Below are positions 22,747-34,889 of a stretch of 64,000 bases of DNA, in pieces. Source of the stretch: Mobula hypostoma. Taxonomy: Eukaryota. The translations under genes and the position numbers were made by a program. The stretch spans positions 19,220,001 through 19,284,000 of the forward strand of contig NC_086103.1 in the NCBI RefSeq assembly GCF_963921235.1. Direction: 5' to 3'. The number at the start of each line of letters is the position of its first letter. Positions within the stretch are counted from its first letter, which is position 1. The notes under the pieces were generated by a model. That model ran no database searches. It worked only from the letters and a program-made list of their open reading frames with translations, and was not told where the DNA came from.

Positions 22747-23604
22747 TGTTACGAGAATACACATAAAATTAAGATGTTTGCTGGCCTGGGCTAGCATCAG
22801 TGGCATCAGCAGTTGGTCTGCCACCTGCCCTCAGGGGAAGGAGAGATAAGGAACAATGGAGCAGCGTCTGGAGATGTGTAATGAAGGGACGTGGGAGAGA
22901 GAGCTGTCTGGAGCGGCTCCCCCCTTTGAACCCTGAACTGTTTGAAGTGATGGACAGGCGATACCCCAGAAGGGGGATAAAAAGGGACAGGTTCACTAAG
23001 ACAGACACACACGCCACCCGAGGTAACGAGACCCTGGAAGCGGTGCGCCTCTCACGAGTGGTGAGAAGTACCGGACAACGCACAGGGTGGAAAGGTACGA
23101 TCAGCGGGAACCCGGTGTGTGTCCGCCCTTGCCTGGGTGCCGGGTTCACTGCAGAGGATCGAGCGAATCTGGAGGAGGGGTCACAGTCGGTGACCTCAGG
23201 TGACATCACCAAGGACCCGCCCAAATGCTGTTTGTGAGCCATCTCGCTGGTCTGTGAGTGAAGCCGTTCTGAATGATCAGTTGTTCCTATTCTATGTCTC
23301 TCTTCCCCCACGTTGTCCACCGCCATGGCAACGATTACTGCGAACTGAACTACTAACTGGACTGAACTTTGAGTCATTTTGAAATTGGTCATTTACCCCT
23401 AGACAACGATAGAGCTTGATTGATGCTGTTATCTTAATTCTGTGCACATGTGCGTTTATCATCGCTGAACTGTTGCATTTATTATCCTTTTGATTAATGT
23501 GTTGCTTGTTTCTTTAATAAATCTTTCTTAGTTCTAGTACTCCAGACTCCAACTGAGTGATCCATTTCTGCTGGTTTGGCAACCCAGTTACGGGGTACGT
23601 AACA
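22747..23604 (+). repeat. 3' LTR (858 bp)
   Basis: Direct repeat of 18711-19568, preceded by a polypurine tract. Confidence 0.95.
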
Positions 23605-25178
23605 CAGGACAAAGGCTTACTGCTACAATCAACTGTGTTTTTCTTTCCACAGATGCTGAGTGTTTCAGGTTGAACAGAAGAACTAGTCGACTAAAAGATC
23701 AAAAGGTACAAGTGATCAGTTTTACATTCTGTTTAAACCAATCTTTTCCCTGAAGTGAGACTGTAGTTAGGCTGTCTACATTGTGGGAAGAGAGATGTGT
23801 TGAAGGACAGAGATTCAGCAGCAAAGGTCCAAGTACAGAGACACACAATAAGCTGTGGTCCCCAGTCTCACTCTGCACAGTCACTGATGCTATCTCTTAT
23901 GAAACAACATGGCCTCAAACTTCCTCCTCCTTTCTAGTTCAAGGTGTAGATATCATTGTTGCTCAATGCTGTTGAGCTTCGATAGAAAAGAAAAACAGAG
24001 CAGGGTTCAAAAATGGGAAGTTAAAGAGCACAAAGTCATTTTAGACGCCATTGGTCTCAAAACCCCACCATCTGGACCATGCTCCCTACCCACTACTGCC
24101 ATTGGAAAGGAGAGACAGTGGTCCTAGGTTGTACACCACCAGGTTTAGGAACATTTAAATTCCCACAAAAATCACGTTCTTGAACAGTGAAAGATGAATT
24201 CTCTCATCTCAACTCTGAATTAATTCCAGAACCTATGGAATCACTTTCTAGGCCTCATGCATTCAATATTATTTATTCATTGATTTGTGGTTATTGTTCT
24301 TTTTGTTTTCTCTTTGTATTGACACAGTTGTTGACGTTTCACTTTGCTTGTTTGCAGTCATCATTGATCCGATTGTGTTTCTTGTATCTACTGTGAATGG
24401 TCACAAGGAAATGAATGTCAGTTAATATACGGGGACATATACAGTACATACATTGGTTATCAATTTGCTTTGATCTTTGACACTTGCGACATTAAATGTT
24501 GAGGGTTATCTCAAATTAATGAGCTGGTAAATCAGAGAAAATGTTTTCACATGAAATGCCTGATTCCGTAAAGGAATGGAATCAATATTTGTGAGTTCAG
24601 GTTAATCTCTTCCCTGAATTATCCGCAATCGAGAAACACAAGATGCATTCGTTAGTAATTTAATCGTAACTTCTGATATTCCCAATCCATCCTGAGACTG
24701 AATTTGGGGAGGCAACTGGTCCTGACAAGAAAAGTGAGACAGAATAAAGTGGGAAACAATGTAACCAGTTGTGTTTGGATCTCAACCTATCTGGAGCAAA
24801 CTGTGGAAAACTGTTGCAGTGTTAAGCACAGCTTTGATCACAGCATTTAGGGGAAGGAGTCTGCTGTGAAAAGTCATATTTGTGCTGTCTCTATCCCCCT
24901 ACCACACTACCCACCTCCCACAGGTTCTCCTCAGTCAGGAACAGGAATGGACATCAATCCAAGATGAATTGGGAGAGCAGATTAGATGGGCTGAATAGCC
25001 TAATTATGCTCCTATGTCTAAGTGTTTTATGGTCTTATTAGATCATACATTCCTTCATTGGAGAAAATCCACTGAATGTATTTACATTCCCTGATACAGG
25101 TCTGCAAGTTTTGATGGTGAAAAGATCGACGACCAGGAAACAGACTGGGCTTCATCCAACAAAAGGTGGTGCAAGTAC

Positions 25179-25287
25179 CGTCACTGCCTGGTACAGACAA
25201 CGTGATTTGTTGGTAATCGGAGACGGTTGACTTGTTGCTGCTGGTTGGATCAGAATCTGTTGCCTCTTTCTGCCATTGGCCCAAAGT
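25179..25287 (-). other. Candidate cytoplasmic exon with ITIM-like SDYQQI
   Basis: Acceptor ctttctgtctatgatAG, open in phase 0 (TLGQWQKEATDSDPTSSNKSTVSDYQQITLSVPGSD), with a weaker GTACTT donor. Confidence 0.3.
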
Positions 25288-25554
25288 CTATCATAGACAG
25301 AAAGGGTTGTTTTTGCATTTCCCATTCTCCAAGAAAATAATGAAGGAAGTGAGGAAGTGATTCATCCCCATTCAGGGAGATTGCAACTGTTCAGTAATGT
25401 AAATACAAGGAAAATCATCATGTCTGTATTCTGTACACATTTCAAGGACCATACAATTCATCTTCTCAGCATTTGTTTGATTGTTCATTTATTTATTTCT
25501 CTATCTATTTCTTTATTTTTGTTGGAAAGTACAGGGTCATGCACTTTGGTACAT

Positions 25555-28500
25555 TAATAAAAGTTTTTGAGTGTATTTGTTGACATACCAAATCTCTTCA
25601 AACTCCTAATAAAGAGTAGTCTCTGACTTGTCTTCTTTATAATAGTATCGATATGTTGGGACCAGGTTCGATCCTCAGAGATCTTGACACCCAGAAACTT
25701 GACTCTGCTCACTCTCTCCACTTCTGATCTCTCTCTGAGGATTGGTACGTGTTTCTTCATCTTCCCCTTCTTGAAGTCCACAATCAGCCCTTTCGTCTTA
25801 CTGACGTTCAATGCCAGGTTGTTGCTGTGACACCTCTCCACTAGTTGGCATATCTCACTCTTGTACGCCCTCTTGTCATCACCTGAGATTCTACCAATAA
25901 TGGTTGTATCATCAACAAATTGATAGATGCTATTTGAGCTCTGCCTAGCCACACAGTCATGGCTATAGAAAGCGTCGAGCAGTGGGCTAAGCACAAACCG
26001 GAGGTGTGCCAGTGTTGACCATTAGTGAGGAGGAGATGTTATCACCAATCCACACAGATTGTAGTCCTCCGGTTAGGAAGTCAAGGATAAAATCACATCC
26101 AGAGGTACAGAGGCCCAGTTTCTGTAACTTCTCAATCAGGATTGTGAGAATGATGGTATTAAATGCTGAGCTATAGTCGATGAACAGCATCCTCACATAG
26201 GTGTTTCTGTGTCCAGGTGGTCTAAAGCCATGTGAAGAGCATTGAGATTGCAACTGCCATTGACCTATTGTGGTGACAGGCAAATTACAATGGGTCCAGG
26301 TCATTTCTGAGGCAGGAGCTCAGTCTAGGCATGATCAACATCTGAAAGCACTTCATCACTGTAGATGTGAGTGTTACTGGGCAATAGTCATTAAGGTAGC
26401 TCACATTATTCTTCTTCGGCACTGGTATAATTGTTGCCTTTTTGAAGCAAGTGGAAACTTCCACCCTCAGCAGTGAGAGTTTGAAAACGTCCTGGAATAC
26501 TCTCGCCATTTGGTTGGCAGAGATTTTCAGAGCCTTACTGGGTACGCCATCAGGACCTTCGGCCTTGCGGGAGTTCACTCTCTTTAGAGACAGCTCTTTA
26601 AAATCATCAGCCTCTGCAACAGAGCTCATAGGGTCATAAGCTGCAGCAGGTTTCTTCACAGCTGTCGTTATATTTTCCCTTTCAAAGTGGGCATAGAAGG
26701 CATTGAGTTAATCTGGTAGTGATGAATCGCTGTCATTCATGCTGTTGGGTTTCGCTTTGCAGGAAGTAATGTCCTACACACCCTGCCAACGTTGTTATGC
26801 ATCCGATGTCACATCCAACCTTGTTCCAAATTTTATCTTCATCCTTGAAATAGCCCTCCCCAAGTCATACCTGGTTTTCTGTTACAGACCTGGGTCGAGA
26901 TCTTTGAATGCCACAAATCTAGCCTTCAGCATACGACACCTCCTGGTTCATCCACGGCTTTTGGTTTGGGAATGTACAACAAGTCTTTGTAGGCACACAC
27001 TCATCCTCACCGGTTTAAATAAAGTCAGTAACAACAACAGCATACTCATCCAGATTCCAAGATGAATCCCTGAATACAGCCCAGACCACTGATTCAAAGT
27101 AGTCCTGTAAGTGCTTCTGTGCTTCCCTTGTCCAGACCTTCTTTGTCCTCACTACTGGTGCTGGAGTCTTCAGTCTCTCCCTTTACTCAGGGAGCAGAAG
27201 TACAGCCAGGTTCGATCCTCAGAGATCCTGACACCCAGGAACTTGAAACTGCTCAATCTCTCCACTTCTGATCCCTCTGTGAGGATTGGTATGTGTTTCT
27301 TCGTCTTCCCCTTCTTGAGGTCCACAATCAGCCCTTTCGTCTTACTGACTTTCAGTGCCAGGTCGGTGCTGTGACACACTCCACTAATTGGCATATCTCA
27401 CTCCTGTGCGCCCTCTCGTCGCCACCAGAGATTCTACCAATAATGGTTGTATCATCAACAAATTGATAGATGCTATTTGAGCTCTGCCGAGCCACACAGT
27501 CATGGTTCTAGAAAGCGTAGAGCAGTGGGCTAAGCACAAACCCGAGGTACAGCCAGGTGATCAGACTTCCCGACATGAGGGTCAGCAATAGTATGGTAGG
27601 CATTCTTGGTAGTGTTGAAACAAAGGTCTAGTGTGCTGTTTCCTCTGGTATTGCAATTGATCTGTTGGTGGTGATTGCTTAGTGATATTTTTTAGACTGG
27701 CCTGGTTAAAATCCCCTAAAATGATGGTGAAGGCGTTCGGGTTCGCTGTTTCGTGCATGTTGATCCTGTTGCTCAGATCATCAAAAGCTTGATTGACATT
27801 GGCGTGAGGTGGAATGTATATCACTACTAAAATGATCCCGGAAATTCCCGTGATTGGCAAAATGAACAACACTTACCTGCAAGATATTCCAGGTCTGGTG
27901 AGCAGAATTGGGACAGCACTGATATATTTGTGCACCAAGAGGAATTGATCATAAGACCATGACTTAGGAACATGTTTCGGCCAAATAGCCCATCCAGCCT
28001 GCTCTGCCATTCAGCCATGGCTGATCCTTTTTTCTTTCTCCTCCTCAATGCCAGATCCCGGCCTTCTGCCCATAACCTTTGATGCCATGTCCAATCAAGA
28101 ACCTATCAATCTCTGCCTTAATACACCCAACAACCTGGCCTCCACAGCAGCATGTGGCAACAAATTCCACAAATTCACCACCCTTTGACTGAAGGAATTT
28201 CTCTGCATCTAGAAACATAGAAAACCTACAGCAAACCTTTGGCCCACAATGCTGTGCCGAACATGTACTTACTTTAGAAATTACCTAGAGTTCCCCATAG
28301 CCATCTATATTTCTAATTGTTTTGAGTTCTAAGTATCTGTGTTTTGAAAGGGCGCACTTTTATCCTGAGGCTGTGCCCTCTTCTCCCAGAATCTCTGACC
28401 ATGGGAAACATCCTTACCACACTTACTCTGTCTTGGCCTTTTCACATTCAGAAGGTTTCAATGAGATCTCCCCTCATCCTTCTGAATTGCAGCGAGTACA

Positions 28501-29560
28501 GACCCAGAGCTATCAAATGTTCCTCAGATGATAACCCTCTCATTCCTGGAATCATCCTTGTGAACCCGCTCTGGACCCTCTCCAATGCCAGCACATCTTT
28601 TCTGAGATGAGAGGCCCATAACTGTTCACAATACTCAAGGTGAGGCCTCACCAGTGCCTTATAAAACCTCAGCATTACATCCCTGTATTCTATTATAATG
28701 TATTGTATTGCATGCTTGTATGCTCTTTTATACTAGACCTCTTGAAATGAATGCTAACATGGCATTTACCTTCCTCACTACCGACTGAACCTGCAAGTTA
28801 ATCTTCAGGGTATTGTGCACGAGGATTTCCAAGTCCCTCTGCATCTCAGATTCCTGAATTTTGTCCCCGTTTGGACAATAGTCCACACCTTTATCTCTAC
28901 GACCAAAGTGCCTGACCATGCATTTTCCATCATTGTATTTCGTTTCCCACTTTCTCGTCCATTCTCCTAATCTGTCCTACCTGCTTCCTTAACAAGACCT
29001 GCCCCTCCACCAATCTTCGTATCGTCTGCAAACTTGGCAACAAAGCCATCTATTCCATCATCTAAGTCATTTATATACAGCATAAGAGGAAGTGGTCCCA
29101 ACAGCGACCCCTGTGGAACACCACTTGCCCCTGGGCATACTCCTCCGCTTCTGCTTTTGAGAGACTCTATATATCTATCCTGATGGTTTGTCGTGACCCC
29201 GTGGATCTGAATTTCTACATCCGGCACGGAAGGGTTCATCAGGATTCCGTGAAGTAAAGGACACACGCGGTCCTAATGTCCTCATGGTCAGCATCCCAGC
29301 TCTGATATTATCCATTCTATTCACCGGAGACTGGACATTTGCCAGCAAGAGAGTCGGTATTGGGAGTTTAAAACCCTGTTTCCTTAAACGCACTTGTGTC
29401 CCTGACCCGAAGCCACGTTTCCTACGTGGAATCCGCGAGAAGTACGTCAGCATTGTTTCCGTCAGTTTTAAGCAGCGATAATACATTTAATCGCATTAAG
29501 ACATCATTGTTAACTGTACTGTCCTTTGAAGCAGTTGTGTTTTTAGCTGCATCTGGCTGA
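25555..29560 (-). mobile_element. Near-full-length decayed Rex1/Babar-type LINE, interrupted by CR1
   Basis: N-terminal RKRG...PIPTLLLANVQS, endonuclease [32 protein letters not shown] and FVDDTTIIG. There is an internal duplication at 27207-27545. Confidence 0.88.
27960..29130 (-). mobile_element. CR1 3' fragments nested in Rex1
   Basis: PQGSLLGP...YINDLDDGIDGFVAKFADDTK and LRFYKALVRPHLEYC. Confidence 0.88.
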
Positions 29561-29599
29561 AACGAGAATAATGAATCGTATCCATTGAGAGTTCTGCTG

Positions 29600-31150
29600 C
29601 TATACACAAGTTGCCACTGGAGGCGCTCCGGGATTATCGACATTTCCGCATTTATCGTCTGGAATTTGTTGCATTATATTTATGCATTGTTGATATTTTT
29701 GTGTCCTGGATTGCCACAAGGAGCCTGCTGTTTCTGGGAACATGTCTCCAACTCTGAACCAGCATTCGACGCTTCCTTGTCAACATCTAGTCTGCTCAGA
29801 TCGTGGGGATGTCTTCCTGGCGTAGTCCTGCTCTTCGTTTGTTCAACTTCTTCTGTAGTGATAATTTCTTCATTTTTCGGCGTTGTCCTCTCATTTAAGT
29901 TTAGTTTGTACTTCTTATCAGATTTGCATGTTTTTGCCTGGAGTGCCGAATCTTGTTTTCGTTAATTAAAAGGTATTTTTAGAAGATTTGTCTGACTGCT
30001 GTGTAAAATTTTAATGCTGTTAATCGTCTTCTTCCTTCTGTCCTCGTGTTAATCTAAGCATGTTCTACTATACGGGGTGTTTTCTAACATTTGTAATTTC
30101 AGTTCTGATTTTTCTTTGCAAACTTTCCAGTTCACTTTCAGACCATAAGGATATAATGGCAAAGGAATACGTGAATATGGGACTCGCAAAATTGTTTAAT
30201 GCCTTTTGTTATATTTTTCTTATTGAACCCTGTTTGGCAGATTTTCTTTAGCCTTGAAGTAAATTCATTGAAAGTTTTGCCATTGTCACACTATGATCTA
30301 TTTTGTTTGTTTGTTAATATCCCATGTTCATCCATTGGTTGCTCTGTTTTGTTTCTGTTAGCTCTATTGCATCTTTCTTTATGTTTAATATTCTGCACTT
30401 ATCTAGTCCAAAATTTATGTGTATATCTTTTAAAAATAGTTCAACTATTTGAAGTATTTGATTTAGCTTTACTGATAAAGGACCATTTAATTTCAATCTG
30501 TTCATGTATAGAAGGTGTGTCAAGGTATAATTTGTTTTGTTCCTTCAGAATTGATATCCAGTTTTCCTTCGATTCAGTAATTTGGAGAGGGGTTTCATAC
30601 CAGACAGAACAATAGTGGGCTTGCAAAGTTGCCCTGGAAAATGCCTCAGTTTATTTTGATAATGTTATTTGGCATTTTTTGGTCATTAGTAGATTGGTTG
30701 TTTGGATTCTGCAAATGCTTCATCAGATGTTGAAGGAATTTCACAAGTATTGGGTGTAGTTCATATATATTATGGACTATGAGTGGTGGGCAGAATCAAG
30801 TGCTTTTTGGAAGTCAATATAACAACATACCTTTCCGTCGGACTTGATATACAGTTGCAGAGTCTATTATCATTGTTCTTTACATCCTTTCATAGCCTTA
30901 CAGCATCCTTTCTGCACTTCTGTAAGTATATTGTGGTTGTCTCAGTGAGTGGTGATTAGTTGCGAGATGCAGGATATTACAACTTAATATATAGTTTTTA
31001 AAGGAATACGAGGATGATATTTTGATGGATCATTTGTGATTTGTCCTTTAAATAAGAGCTTTTCTTTTTAACCTTCCTGCTCAGGATATTCATTTTATAT
31101 TGGGTATGCTATTCCTGCTCTGAAGGTTTCAATTTAGTTTCTTAATTTAC
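29600..31150 (-). mobile_element. Decayed R4/Dong-clade non-LTR retrotransposon fragment
   Basis: Fragments KGC...GCKEQ, YIDFQKALDS, RGIFQG..SPLLFC, THLLYMNRLKL...FGLDKC and DMFPETAG. Confidence 0.7.
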
Positions 31151-31984
31151 TCTGCCATTTTGGTGTTCTCATTCCATAACTCTTCTTTCAGTTTCTATGA
31201 ATGAATGCCTCTACTTTAGAGCCATTGCACGGCACTGCTGTTAATGCTGTGCAGTATGTCTGTGTTTGTTAGTGATTGTATGGTAGAGTTGGTGACAGGA
31301 CCCACAGCGCCTGAACAGCCAGTGAAAGGTTTGTGGAGGCCGATGTTGGTAAGACTTCTGACAAAGTTAGGAATCAAAAAGTTGAGCATGGTGCAACCAG
31401 TGTCCTGATCTGTCTATCGTTCACTGCAAGTAGTATTGTAGGGAAGGCAGATAATGGTGCTGAAGATGAGGGAGCCTGTTGACAAACAGAGGCAGTGTGT
31501 AGTGAGGCGAGAGTGCTGATGGGTCAAAATTGCAGTCAACACGATGAGTTGCAATGTAAAAGGCGAGGAAGTTAAGCCCAAACTGAGACTGTAGAAAACG
31601 AGTCACCATTCAATTTAAAGTATCAGAGTGGAGTGACACTGAATCTTCAGTAAACCCTGTTAATTTAACCCATGGGTTCCCACACACCTTGATGCAAAAG
31701 AAAAATCAGTGTAAGACAAGTAGAGAAGTTGCATCTTATTTTGAGATGAAGGCTAACAACCTGGCCTCAGAACATTCTACTCCCCATATGGTCCAAAAAT
31801 AACACTGAATAACAAGGTCTAAAATAACATAACCCTCAAAGTGATATGCCTTTCATTAAACAGCACACATCAAAGTTGCTGGTGAATGCAGCAGGCCAGG
31901 CAGCATCTGTAGGAAGAGGTGCAGTTGACGTTTCAGGCTGAGACCCTTCGTCAGGACTCATTATCTTGCCTTTCATTATCTTGG

Positions 31985-34799
31985 GCTAAGGGAAGGGCAT
32001 AGGCTGGGCATGATTAAAACTTGGGTGGGTCACCTTGGCGAGAGTATTGGACCAGTGTAAATGTAAAGTAGGGATGTTCAACCTCTATTTCAGGTGAGTC
32101 CTGATAAGGGTTCTCAGGGAAATGTACGGAAGGAATGTGGCAAATGTTCAGGGGATACTTGTGTAGGGTTCTGCATAGGTACGTTCCAATGAGACAGGGA
32201 AAGGATGGTAGGGTACAGGAACCATGGTGTTCAAAGGCTGCTGTAAATCTAGTCAAGAAGCAAAGAAGAGCTTAAAAAAGGTTCAAAAAACAAGGTAATG
32301 ATAGAGATCTAGAAGACTATAGGGCTAGCAGGAAGGAGCTTAAAAATGAAATTAGGAAAACCAGGAGGGTCCAAGAAAAAAACTTGGCGGACAGGATTAA
32401 GGAAAACCACAAGTCATTCTACAAGTATGTGAAGAGCAAGAGTGTAAGACTTAAGAGAATAGGACTAATCAAGTGTAACAGTGGAAAAGTGTGTATGGAA
32501 CCAGAGGAGATGGCAATGAATACTTTGTTTCAGTATTCACTGCGGAAAAGTTTCTTGGTGATTGTAGGGATGACTTACAGTGGGCTGAAAAGCTTGAGCA
32601 TTTAGATATTAAGGAAGAGAATGTGCTGGAGCTTTTGGAAAGCATCCATTTGGATACGTCACTGGGACCGGATGAGATGTACCCCAGGCTACTGTGGGAG
32701 GTGAGGGAGGAGATTACTGAGCCTCTGGTGATGATCTTTGCATCATCACTGAGGACAGGGGAGGTTCCAGAAGATTGATGGGTTGCATATGTTGTCCGTT
32801 ATTCAAGAAAGGGAGTAGAGATAGCCCAGGAAATTATAGACCAGTGAGTCTTACTTCATGGTTGGTACATTGATGAAGAAGTTCCTGAGAGGCAGGATTT
32901 ATGAACATTTGGAGAGGCATAATATGATTAGGATTAGTCAGCATGGCTTTTTCAAAGACAGGTCATGCCTTACAAGCCTGATTGAATTTTTTGAGGATGT
33001 GACTAAACAGATTGATGAAGGTAGAGCAGGAGATGTAGTGTATATGGATTTCAGCTAGGCATTTGATAAGGTACCCCATGCATAGCTTATTGAGAAAGTA
33101 AGGAGGCATGGGATCCAAGGGGATATTGCTATATGGATCCAGAACTGGCTTGCCCACAGAAAGCAATGTGTGGTTGTAGATTGGTCATATTCTGCATGGA
33201 GGTCAGTGACCTGTGGTGTGGCTCAGGGATCTGTTGTGGGACACCTGCTGTTTGTGATTTTTATAAGTGACCTGGATGAGGAAGTGGAGGGATGGATTAG
33301 TAAGTCTGGTGATGACACAAAGGTTAGGGATGTTGTGGATAATGTGGAGGGATGTCAGAGGTTGTAGCAGGACATTGATAGGATGCAAAACTGTGCTGGG
33401 AAGTGGCAGGCGGTGTTCAACCCAGATAAGTGTGAAGTGGTTCATTTTGGTAGCTCAAATATGATGGCAGAATATAGTATTAATTGTAAGACTTTGGCAG
33501 TGTGGACGATCCAAGGGATCTTGGGGTCTGAGTCCATAGGACACTCAAAGCTGCTGCACAGGTTGACTCTGTGGTTAAGAAGACATACGGTGCTTTGGCC
33601 TTCATGAATCGTGGGACTCAGTTTAAGAGCCGAGAGGTAATGTTGCAGCTATATAAGGCCCTGGTCAGACCCAACTTATAGTATTGTGTCAGATCTGGTC
33701 GCCTCACTACAGGAAGGATGTGGAAATCGTAGTGTAACGCTCAGCTATATTGGCTCATATTTATCTAAGGGAAACCCCGTCCGCCGGTTGCTATGCAACT
33801 GCCACCTGATTCAGTTTTAAACATCAATCATCAGCCAGCACACAATGTACGTTTTACCAATTACACTTTATAGATATTACTAAGTCTATGAGATTAATAG
33901 AAGTTCAATACAAAAAAAGGAATGGAAAAGGCGCCAGACTTATCAAAGTTCAATTTCGTCGTGCAGATGTTGGAACTCGGGAATTCCTTCGGGATCACTC
34001 TGACCCCTTCGACTCGCAGCTCGCGACCACCCGGTGTGATAAACCTGAGATTTCCTGCACGTCTGTCGTCCTCACGGTCTCTCCTCCGACTCCCCGCCAA
34101 AAACCCCTGGTTCTCAGCCATCTGAGACAGCATATCACCCCACAAAAGAATAACATGGACACTCATTGGCTCATAGTACTCTGATATCTGTTATAACCCA
34201 AGCAAAGTGCTAGCTCAAGACTTTCTCAGCATTTAACGAAGAAGCCATTTTAATTTTAACATAACAAAGAAGCCATTTTAATTACCAAACACAGTGACAT
34301 AATAGAAGAAAATCCTTACAATAGAAAGGGTGCAGAGGAGGTTTATAAGAATGTTGCCTTGATTGGGAAGCATGCCATATGAGAGTAGGTTGAGTGAACT
34401 TGGCCTTTTCTCCGTGGAGCGACAGAGGATGAGAGGTGACCTGAGAGAGGCGAACAAGATGATGAGAGGCATTGATTGTGTGGATAGTCAGAGGCTTTTT
34501 CCCAGAGCTGAAATGGCTCAGAAGAGGGCACATTTTGAAGGTGCTTGGAAGTAGGTACAGAGGAGATATCGGGATGTGTTTTTTACACGGAGAGTGGTGA
34601 GTACGTGGAATGGGCTGCCGGTGACGGTAGTGGATTCGGATATGATAAGGTCTTTTAACAGACTCCTGGATAGGTACATGGAGGTTAGCAAAATAGAGGG
34701 CTATGGGCAACCTGAGGTGATTTCTTCATTAAGGACATGCTCGGCACAGCTTTGTGGGCCGAAGGGTCTGTATTGTGCTGTAGGTTTTCTATGTTTCTA
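31985..34799 (+). mobile_element. Decayed CR1 LINE ORF2 to 3' end, interrupted by a solo LTR
   Basis: KENHKSFYKYVKSK, GPDEMYPRLL, HGFFKDRSCLTSLIEFFEDVT...VYMDFS and the ttctatgtttcta tail. Confidence 0.9.
33733..34320. mobile_element. Solo LTR of an unrelated family inserted in a CR1
   Basis: TGTAA...TTACA termini with GTAG/ATAG flanks. CR1 RT-region sequence resumes on both sides. Confidence 0.75.
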
Positions 34800-34889
34800 A
34801 ATAGGCTTCAGAACATTCTACGCCCCAAATGGTCAAAATGAAACCAAATAATGAGGTCTAAAATACTCTGACATGTTAGAATATTTTAA

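Larger units (their letters stand above)
18711..23604 (+). mobile_element. Gmr1-like Ty3/gypsy LTR retrotransposon, non-autonomous, 4894 bp
   Basis: TG...CA LTRs, CAGG target-site duplication (18707-18710 and 23605-23608), PBS, PPT and a single internal ORF. Confidence 0.95.

Noticed and set aside
23653-23705. Plus-strand exon-like segments (also near 25100-25165 and 45295-45338) suggesting an antisense gene
   Set aside because: The individual splice sites are plausible, but the phases do not chain into an open frame and no product is recognisable.
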